The notes beneath the pieces are model-generated. The model was given only the letters and a program-made list of their open reading frames with translations. It was not told the DNA's origin and ran no database searches. From an uncultured Bacteroidales bacterium (GTDB taxonomy: Bacteria; Bacteroidota; Bacteroidia; Bacteroidales; PWNQ01), in the NCBI GenBank assembly GCA_964477095.1, contig CAYZDA010000002.1:42259-106258 (forward strand): a DNA stretch of 64,000 nt, read 5' to 3'. The translations under genes were made by a program, and so were the position numbers. Below, piece after piece: positions 57,090-64,000 of the stretch (the stretch's first letter is position 1; each line of letters starts with the position of its first letter).

Positions 57090-59372
57090 ATGAAAAAGAC
57101 CGCGCGACATATCCACATAACCGGTCTGGTGCAGGGGGTTGGTTTTCGTCCGTTTGTTTACAGGCATGCTAAAAGGTATGGTCTGTCCGGTTGGGTGCGT
57201 AATCATGCAGCTGGTGTGGATGTCGTGATAGAAGGCAGTACACGAAGGTGCAACCAATTCATCCGTTCACTGAAAAAAGATGCTCCCATAGCTTCCCTGA
57301 TCAGCATGCTGGTAGAAACAAAAGCAGAACCCGAAAACCTATCTGACTTCCAAATCAGACCCAGTATAAACGGCTATGAACAAATAACGGATATTTCTCC
57401 TGACATCGCAGTGTGCAATGAATGCCTCATGGATATAAAACAGCAGCATCGCCGCCTCTCCTACCCTTTTACTAACTGTACCCACTGCGGGCCGAGATTT
57501 TCTATTATCACTAACATTCCTTATGATCGCAGTGCAACCAGCATGAAAAAATTTATCATGTGCGAAGAATGTATGAAGGAATATACCAACGTGCATGATC
57601 GCAGATTCCATGCCCAGCCGGTTTCCTGCATCCATTGCGGACCTGCTTACAAATGGATCAGCAAATCCGGTACGATTGAAAGCCGGCAAGAATGTTTTAC
57701 CCGTTTGTATTCGGAACTGAAGACTGGGAAAATTATCGCGCTGAAAAGTACCGGAGGCTTTCAGCTGATTTGTGATGCCTCAAACCCTGAGGCGGTTAAC
57801 CGCCTTAGGAGGATCAAGCAGCGCCACAGCCGTCCATTTGCCATAATGTTCAAAAATATAGAAGAACTCAAAAAGCACACCTACATAAACAGAGAGCAAA
57901 AAAAATACCTGCAATCATGGCAGCGACCTGTCGTGATCCTGAAGGATAAAAGCAGTTATTTTACTGAAGTGAACCCGGGCTATACAACTATCGGGGCTAT
58001 ACTGCCTTATACCCCTTTACATCATATAATAATGGAAAACAGTGATATTCCAGCCATGGTCTTTACAAGCGCCAATGTTAAAGGCAGTCCTCTGATCTTT
58101 GAAAATGACAGGGCTCTGGAACTCCTAAAGCAGAAAGGTTGTGATGCTGTATTACTTCACAACCGGGCTGTTATTAATAGTCAGGATGACTCCATAGTCA
58201 AAATTCATGATCATGGACCGTGTATTATTCGCAGGGCCAGAGGATTTACACCTTCACCTGTTGTATTGAAATTTGAAGTGGAAAACATTTTAGCAGTTGG
58301 GGCTGACTTCAAAAACAGCTTTTGCATCGGAAAGGACCGGCGGGCCATCATGAGCCAGTATATGGGCAACCTGGAAGATTACGAGGTACTACAGAGATTC
58401 ACAAACAGCATTAATAAAATCAGCAAGCTATTCAAATTCAAGCCCACGATTATAGCTCATGACCTGCACCCGGATTACCACAGCAGCGGCCATGCTTTAA
58501 AAATCGCTGAGCAGCATGCCATCCCGGAGGAAAGGATCATCGGAGTGCAACATCATCATGCACATATAGCCTCAGTTTTAGCTGAACATGGAATTAACGA
58601 AGCTGTAATAGGTGTTGCTTTTGACGGAACAGGCTATGGTGAAGACGGCAGAATCTGGGGTAGTGAATTTATGATCTGTGACCGGATACAGTACCAGAGA
58701 AAATATCACCTTGACTATTTTCCACTACCCGGAGGGGATAAGGCTGTGAAGGAACCCTGGCGATTAGCTGTTGCTCTCGGTTACAGAGCCTTCGGCAAGA
58801 ATTTCCCCGACTTTCCCCTGGAGTTTCAAAAACATATCCCGAAAGAAAAACAAAAAAACATCATAAAAGCTATAGATAATAATGTAAACATCTCGTGGTC
58901 GTGTGGTGCAGGCAGATTATTTGACGCAATAGCCGCCATCACCAACATCACGCATTATGCTGAGTTTGAAGGCGAAGGTCCCTTAAAACTGGAAAATATC
59001 CATAAAACATCTGAAGATTACTATCATATCCCCCTTCAGAACAATGCTTTTTCACCGGATATACTGATCCGTGCCACCATTAATGATTTGCTGGCGGGTA
59101 TTCCTGTTTCTGAAATATCAGGCCGTTTTCATAACAGCATTATCAATATGGTCTTAGTAGGTGTCAACCGTATTGCTATGGAAACAGGCTTAAATAAAGT
59201 GGCCTTATCGGGAGGTGTATTCCAAAATAAAATTATTACAAACAGCATATATCAAAAACTTTATGCGCAAGGATTTCAGGTTTATGTAAACCAACAGGTA
59301 CCGTGCAATGACGGAGGGATTGCACTGGGTCAAATGGCAGTTGCACAGCAATTGGCACAGAATCAAATATAA
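57090..59372 (+). CDS. hypF: [NiFe]-hydrogenase maturation carbamoyltransferase HypF
   Basis: Acylphosphatase domain (HITGLVQGVGFRPFVY), two CxxC...CxxC zinc-finger pairs, and YrdC and Kae1-like domains. 760 aa. Confidence 0.95.
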   Translation: MKKTARHIHITGLVQGVGFRPFVYRHAKRYGLSGWVRNHAAGVDVVIEGSTRRCNQFIRSLKKDAPIASLISMLVETKAEPENLSDFQIRPSINGYEQITDISPDIAVCNECLMDIKQQHRRLSYPFTNCTHCGPRFSIITNIPYDRSATSMKKFIMCEECMKEYTNVHDRRFHAQPVSCIHCGPAYKWISKSGTIESRQECFTRLYSELKTGKIIALKSTGGFQLICDASNPEAVNRLRRIKQRHSRPFAIMFKNIEELKKHTYINREQKKYLQSWQRPVVILKDKSSYFTEVNPGYTTIGAILPYTPLHHIIMENSDIPAMVFTSANVKGSPLIFENDRALELLKQKGCDAVLLHNRAVINSQDDSIVKIHDHGPCIIRRARGFTPSPVVLKFEVENILAVGADFKNSFCIGKDRRAIMSQYMGNLEDYEVLQRFTNSINKISKLFKFKPTIIAHDLHPDYHSSGHALKIAEQHAIPEERIIGVQHHHAHIASVLAEHGINEAVIGVAFDGTGYGEDGRIWGSEFMICDRIQYQRKYHLDYFPLPGGDKAVKEPWRLAVALGYRAFGKNFPDFPLEFQKHIPKEKQKNIIKAIDNNVNISWSCGAGRLFDAIAAITNITHYAEFEGEGPLKLENIHKTSEDYYHIPLQNNAFSPDILIRATINDLLAGIPVSEISGRFHNSIINMVLVGVNRIAMETGLNKVALSGGVFQNKIITNSIYQKLYAQGFQVYVNQQVPCNDGGIALGQMAVAQQLAQNQI

Positions 59373-59497
59373 AAACTGATCATCTGTTCAACGCTTGATA
59401 ATTGTCACTGCCGCCAGAAACCAGTATATTTAGCTGTGAATCACTGCCTGAACGCTATTATTACAATGACTAACAACTAACATAGAGGACAAAAAAT

Positions 59498-59719
59498 ATG
59501 TGTTTAAGTATTCCGGCTAAGATTAAATCTGTTGAAGGGAAAAAAGCCATCGTGAGTGTTGGCGGAAATGAATACCGGGCGGACATCAGTCTGGTTCCTG
59601 ATGCTGTTGCAGGGGATTATATCTTGTTGCATGCCGGCTTTGGCATCCAAAAGATCAGGAAAGATGATGCGCAAATCACTCTCGGGCTTCTGAAAGAAAT
59701 AAATAAAAAAGATAGATAA
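59498..59719 (+). CDS. hypC: hydrogenase assembly chaperone HypC
   Basis: 73 aa starting MCLSIPAKI (essential Cys2). Confidence 0.9.
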   Translation: MCLSIPAKIKSVEGKKAIVSVGGNEYRADISLVPDAVAGDYILLHAGFGIQKIRKDDAQITLGLLKEINKKDR

Positions 59720-60802
59720 ATGAAGTTCATAACCGAATACCGTAACCGGCAACTGGTGAGCAAACTGGCTGAAGCCATAAAGCATGAAGCCCGTGATCAA
59801 TATCTGTTTATGGAGGTTTGTGGAAGCCACACTCATGCCATTCGCCGTTATGGGATTCCATGGCTACTGCCTGAAAACATACGTCTGCTTTCGGGTCCCG
59901 GTTGTCCGGTTTGTGTAACGGATCAATCATTTATTGATAAAGCGGTATGGCTCGCCCAGCAGGCTGGCATAGTGCTTGCCACATTTGGCGATCTGATAAG
60001 AGTGCCTGGAACACAAAAAAGTTTGTTAAACTGCAAACTGCAGGGTGCTGATGTGCGCGTAATCTACTCTTCGCTTGAAGCACTGGAGATGGCAAAAGCA
60101 GAACCGCATAAGGAAATCGTTTTCGCTGCCATAGGCTTTGAAACAACAGCACCATCCACGGCAGTGACACTGCAACGCAGCAGAGAAGAAGACGTGAAAA
60201 ATTTTTCTGTTTTATGTGCACACAAGCTTATGCCGCCTGCCATGCATGCAGTAATTGAGCACGGAATATCCGTCAGTGGATATATCTGTCCGGGGCACGT
60301 AAGCAGTATCACGGGCAGCCAGATTTACCAAATATTTTCCCGTCGCCATAAGGTGGCTACTGTAGTAGCCGGTTTTGAACCCACAGATATATTGCAGGCC
60401 ATTCTGATGCTTGTAAGACAGGTTAACCACCGCAACTTCAGAACGGAAATCCAGTACAAGCGTGCTGTCAGCCGCCATGGGAACCTGGTGGCAAAGGATG
60501 TGATGAATAATGTATTTGAAAAAAGCGATACGCCCTGGCGCGGATTCGGAATCTTGCCTCAAAGCGGGTTGCAAGTGAATAAAAAATATGAACCTATGGA
60601 TGCAGAAAAGCGCTTCAGTATAAATATTTCTGAAGTGAAATATAATGAATCCTGCATCTGTGGTGACATCCTGAAAGGACACAAAGAACCCCGGGATTGC
60701 CGGTTATTTGCTCATAGCTGTACACCGGACAAACCTGTAGGAGCCTGCATGGTATCCGCCGAAGGCAGTTGTAACGCTCATTATAAATACCGTGAAATAT
60801 GA
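59720..60802 (+). CDS. hypD: hydrogenase maturation protein HypD
   Basis: FMEVCGSHTH, GPGCPVCV and GFETT motifs, plus C-terminal Cys-rich [4Fe-4S] ligands. Confidence 0.95.
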   Translation: MKFITEYRNRQLVSKLAEAIKHEARDQYLFMEVCGSHTHAIRRYGIPWLLPENIRLLSGPGCPVCVTDQSFIDKAVWLAQQAGIVLATFGDLIRVPGTQKSLLNCKLQGADVRVIYSSLEALEMAKAEPHKEIVFAAIGFETTAPSTAVTLQRSREEDVKNFSVLCAHKLMPPAMHAVIEHGISVSGYICPGHVSSITGSQIYQIFSRRHKVATVVAGFEPTDILQAILMLVRQVNHRNFRTEIQYKRAVSRHGNLVAKDVMNNVFEKSDTPWRGFGILPQSGLQVNKKYEPMDAEKRFSINISEVKYNESCICGDILKGHKEPRDCRLFAHSCTPDKPVGACMVSAEGSCNAHYKYREI

Positions 60803-61812
60803 ACGACAGGATTGAAGCAGGACATGGTAGTGGCGGGCGCATGACGCGCAAACTGATCAGGGAACTTTTTCTGAAACACTTCAATAATCAGGAGCTGAAT
60901 AATGAAGGTGACAGTGCGTTGGTTGAAGTCAACAGTGGTATCCTGGCGATTACCACCGACTCCTATGTGGTGAGTCCGCTGTTCTTTCCAGGTGGAGACC
61001 TGGGTAAGCTGGCGGTATGTGGCACTGTGAATGATCTTTCAGTAAGTGGCGCTGTGCCGCGTTGGCTAACAGCCGGATTCATCCTGGAAGAAGGACTGCC
61101 GCTGGCCACACTGGAAGGTGTGGTGACAAGTATGGCGGCCACAGCCCGGGAAGCAGGCGTGAAAATAGTAGCTGGCGATACTAAGGTGGTAGGTAAAGGT
61201 CAGGCGGACAGCATTTACATTAACACCAGCGGCGTAGGGATTGTACCTGAAAACTACCGGCAATTATCTTGCGGGGAACTGATTCATCCGGGTGATCTTT
61301 TATTGCTGAGCGGTAGTACCGGTGATCATGAAGCGGCTATTATCAATGCACGCGAGGGATTCTTTGACAAAACGCGCCTGGTCTCCGACTGCGCACCTTT
61401 GAACGGGTTAATAAGCAATATGCTGGAAAAATGCGAGGGCATAAAGTTCATGAGAGATATCACCCGCGGTGGTTTGGCAGGCATTCTCAGTGAGATCGCT
61501 GAGATGGCCGGTGCCGGACTGGAGATCATTGAGGCAGATATCACCATTAATGAACCGGTGGCAGCCTTTTGCGAAGTACTGGGTTTTGACCCGCTGCAAT
61601 TTGCCAGTGAGGGCTGCATTGTTATAGTATTGGATAACCGGAAAGCTGAAAAAGTATTAAAAGTATTGCGGGAACATAAGTATGGAAAGCATGCTGCTGT
61701 TATTGGCCGGGTTACCAAAGAACACCCGGCCATGGTGATCATGGAAACGGTGATAGGCGGGCGCAGAATCATAGAACCACCCTGGTCTGCTAAAACACCT
61801 AGAATTTGCTGA
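60799..61812 (+). CDS. hypE: hydrogenase maturation protein HypE
   Basis: PurM-like fold. C-terminal ...PRIC ending typical of HypE. 4-nt overlap with hypD. Confidence 0.95.
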   Translation: MNDRIEAGHGSGGRMTRKLIRELFLKHFNNQELNNEGDSALVEVNSGILAITTDSYVVSPLFFPGGDLGKLAVCGTVNDLSVSGAVPRWLTAGFILEEGLPLATLEGVVTSMAATAREAGVKIVAGDTKVVGKGQADSIYINTSGVGIVPENYRQLSCGELIHPGDLLLLSGSTGDHEAAIINAREGFFDKTRLVSDCAPLNGLISNMLEKCEGIKFMRDITRGGLAGILSEIAEMAGAGLEIIEADITINEPVAAFCEVLGFDPLQFASEGCIVIVLDNRKAEKVLKVLREHKYGKHAAVIGRVTKEHPAMVIMETVIGGRRIIEPPWSAKTPRIC

Positions 61813-61813
61813 T

Positions 61814-62155
61814 ATGCACGAACTGGCGGTCATAGATAACATAATGCGCATCACGCTGCAAGTGGCTGAAGAAAACAAACTCAGCCGCGTTACTGCAGTA
61901 AAACTGGATGTGGGTGAAATGCAACATCTCAACGAAGCGATCATGCAACATGGTTTTGAAGCAGCAACAGCCAATACATTGTTGAATAAAGCTGCACTGG
62001 AAATTAAAAGGCTGCCGGTAAAGCTGAAATGCAACAAATGCGGGAAGTGTTTCGGAACGAAAGACGGATCATATAATTGCCCGCGGTGCAAATCAACAGA
62101 TACTGAAGTAAAGCAGGGAATGGAACTAAACATCAATAGCATAGAAGGAGAATAA
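61814..62155 (+). CDS. hypA: nickel-insertion metallochaperone HypA
   Basis: MHE N-terminus. CNKCGK...CPRCKS zinc site. Confidence 0.9.
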   Translation: MHELAVIDNIMRITLQVAEENKLSRVTAVKLDVGEMQHLNEAIMQHGFEAATANTLLNKAALEIKRLPVKLKCNKCGKCFGTKDGSYNCPRCKSTDTEVKQGMELNINSIEGE

Positions 62156-62157
62156 TT

Positions 62158-62802
62158 ATGGAAATAAAAGTTTTACGCAATGTCCTGGACCGGAATAATG
62201 ATCAGGCCGAAAAAAACCGTGAATTTCTGAAAAAGCACCACATTATGATGCTGAATTTCATCAGCTCACCAGGAGCGGGAAAAACCACATTACTGGAAAA
62301 AACTATCCCGGAACTTAACAGGAGCATGAAGGTAGCGGTAATTGAAGGAGATGCCTTTACCAGCAAAGATGCAGAAAGGCTTCAGCGGTTCGGGATTCCC
62401 ATAGTGCAAATCAACACTGAAGGTTCGTGCCACCTGGACTCCAGCAGTATCAGTAGCGCATTTGAAGAGCTGGACATGCCAGCACTTGATATTATCCTGG
62501 TGGAAAATGTAGGTAACCTGATCTGCCCCACGGGCTTTGACCTGGGTGAAGATCATCGCATCGCTGTGCTAAGCACTACCGAAGGGGATGATAAACCTTC
62601 GAAGTATCCCATGTTGTTCCGCCAGGCAGCTGCAGTTGTTCTAAATAAAGTTGACCTGCTCCCGTACGTGAATTTCAACACCCGGACTTTCCTTGATGAC
62701 CTGAATAACCTGAACCCCAACATTCCTGTGTTTGAGACCGCCGCTGTTCATGACTCCGGTATGAATGAATGGCTGAAATGGATAAAGGAGCTGGAAAAAT
62801 AA
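62158..62802 (+). CDS. hypB: nickel-dependent GTPase HypB
   Basis: P-loop SSPGAGKTTLL, ENVGNLICP (the CH-like metal motif region) and NKVDL. No His-rich N-terminus. Confidence 0.9.
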   Translation: MEIKVLRNVLDRNNDQAEKNREFLKKHHIMMLNFISSPGAGKTTLLEKTIPELNRSMKVAVIEGDAFTSKDAERLQRFGIPIVQINTEGSCHLDSSSISSAFEELDMPALDIILVENVGNLICPTGFDLGEDHRIAVLSTTEGDDKPSKYPMLFRQAAAVVLNKVDLLPYVNFNTRTFLDDLNNLNPNIPVFETAAVHDSGMNEWLKWIKELEK

Positions 62803-62876
62803 GTGTTAGCAGCCCCGGCACTTTGCGCCTTTGCGTGAAATAAAATATCTCTCGCCAGGACGCAAAGAAATTATTT

Positions 62877-64000
62877 TCAGAAGAAATAATAAGTAGCCAG
62901 CAACACCCTAAGGTTGCCCACTTCTTCCGAAGAAGTCACCTTCAGGCTTTCATCAAGCTGCAAATTACCGGCATCATTTGTTTTTGCATAAGCAGCCACT
63001 GTATATTCCACCTCTGCCGCAAAGCGGAACTTCCCGCTGTTAAAGATCAGGCGGGGAGAAATACGGTAAAGGTAATCAATATTTGAGCCGCGGGAATAAA
63101 TATCATACAATGGAGGAGCAGGAGTATCCGTGCTTTGAGGATCAAATACCCTGGCACTTACTTTCTCAGCAGTTCCAAGATTCTGGCTGTATCCGCCAAA
63201 TAATCCCACCTGGAATTTCTTCCCCTTCGTTTGCATATCAAGCCAGGTACTGAAGGTGCTTACAGGTGTATATTCCCGGAAATCTTTCAGTGAGTCGGTA
63301 ATATCTCTAATGGCATATCCACCGATCATCATCCCATCAAAAGAATTCTGAGCATAAATCCCCTGCATTTTCACCGTCACCTTTTTCATATCCAGCTTAA
63401 CAAATGCATTTGCAGTAGCACTTCCCAGGTCGTTTTCAGCCTTGTAACCTGCTTCGGATTTCAGGCGTGGCAGTACCTTTTTATATCCCCCGGTTACGCC
63501 AAAGAGGAAATTCCGGCTGATATTGATTTCCAGGCGCGCATGCAGGTCAGGCATTGCGGTATTGCTGAGCGTGCGATATCCACCCGGACTGCTAAAATCG
63601 CGTTGCGTGGCGGCAGCAGCTATTAGATTTACAGACTCTCCAAACTGATGGCTCAGCCTGATCTGGGGATTGCGTGAGAAGTACTGAAAGGGTGCTCCGG
63701 TATTAAAGGAAACTGTACCAGGGAAACAGCTTTCCATGAACATCATATGCCAGTACTGTCCGGTGAGTAATTGCGTTTTACCCCAGTCAAGCTTAACAAA
63801 GGCATGTCGTAGACGGAATCCATTAATATCAGGATTGGAATGACCGAAGAAAGCACCTTCTATTTTTCCCGAAGATTTGGCTCCAAAGGCATCAGGTCCT
63901 GTTATACTTGCGGCGAGTCTCGACTGTATGGAAAGAAAGTTCAAACTACTCTGCGCATTGATATCATTCCCGTCAGGATCGTCAATAACGGGAGCCGGAT
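62877..64000 (-). CDS. putative outer-membrane beta-barrel/porin-like protein; the 5' end lies outside the window
   Basis: The frame remains open from 63944 to the window end (checked by hand). Alternating beta-strand pattern, with a C-terminal ...LLATYYFF aromatic terminus typical of OMPs. Confidence 0.45.
   Translation of the reverse strand, partial: PAPVIDDPDGNDINAQSSLNFLSIQSRLAASITGPDAFGAKSSGKIEGAFFGHSNPDINGFRLRHAFVKLDWGKTQLLTGQYWHMMFMESCFPGTVSFNTGAPFQYFSRNPQIRLSHQFGESVNLIAAAATQRDFSSPGGYRTLSNTAMPDLHARLEINISRNFLFGVTGGYKKVLPRLKSEAGYKAENDLGSATANAFVKLDMKKVTVKMQGIYAQNSFDGMMIGGYAIRDITDSLKDFREYTPVSTFSTWLDMQTKGKKFQVGLFGGYSQNLGTAEKVSARVFDPQSTDTPAPPLYDIYSRGSNIDYLYRISPRLIFNSGKFRFAAEVEYTVAAYAKTNDAGNLQLDESLKVTSSEEVGNLRVLLATYYFF

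Noticed and set aside
1-64000. A search by eye for CRISPR arrays, rRNA, IS elements/transposases, integrases, and retron, DGR or phage structural genes.
   Set aside because: No regularly spaced direct repeats, no recombinase or transposase motifs (R..H..R..Y or DDE contexts) and no phage hallmark proteins were recognised in any supplied ORF. Their absence is by inspection only.

Overview
This 64-kb chromosomal window looks like a Bacteroidota-type genome. Evidence: gldF/gldG, a PorP/SprF-family gene, DUF1573, a long NusB, TTTG/TAnnTTTG-type promoters and no Shine-Dalgarno signals. All protein calls come from reading the supplied translations for family-diagnostic motifs; no searches were run.

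Layout:
(i) 1-13.6 kb: housekeeping genes (coaE, yajC, nusB, parA/parB, dapB, lepB).
(ii) tRNA-Asp(GUC) at 13759-13832, then an AT-rich accessory array from about 13.9 to 25.9 kb. It is plus-strand only and has no integrase or transposase. It carries three toxin-antitoxin loci: hicAB, a nonsense-inactivated HigB/Gp49-like toxin with an intact XRE antitoxin, and an XRE-DUF4065 (Panacea) antitoxin with a RelE/ParE-like toxin. An 82-bp repeat family punctuates the array.
(iii) 26.3-33.1 kb: a MoxR / DUF58 / DUF4350-like / DUF4129 / SpoIIM-like / RDD cluster.
(iv) 33.3-42.5 kb: core genes (porP/sprF-like, purC, phoH, gldFG, dnaN).
(v) 42.7-62.8 kb: a self-contained [NiFe]-hydrogenase locus. A 19-gene minus-strand cluster combines a HydB/HydG (AsrA/AsrB)-like NAD(P)H module, a group-4 hydrogenase core, a complete split Mrp antiporter module, a HycI-type protease, a zinc-ribbon protein and a putative Ni transporter. 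It is divergent from rex-hypFCDEAB, and a near-canonical Rex operator lies 12 nt upstream of the first hydrogenase gene.

A GC-rich structured element is shared by internal gaps of the MoxR and hydrogenase clusters. No CRISPR array, rRNA, IS element or recombinase was recognised.
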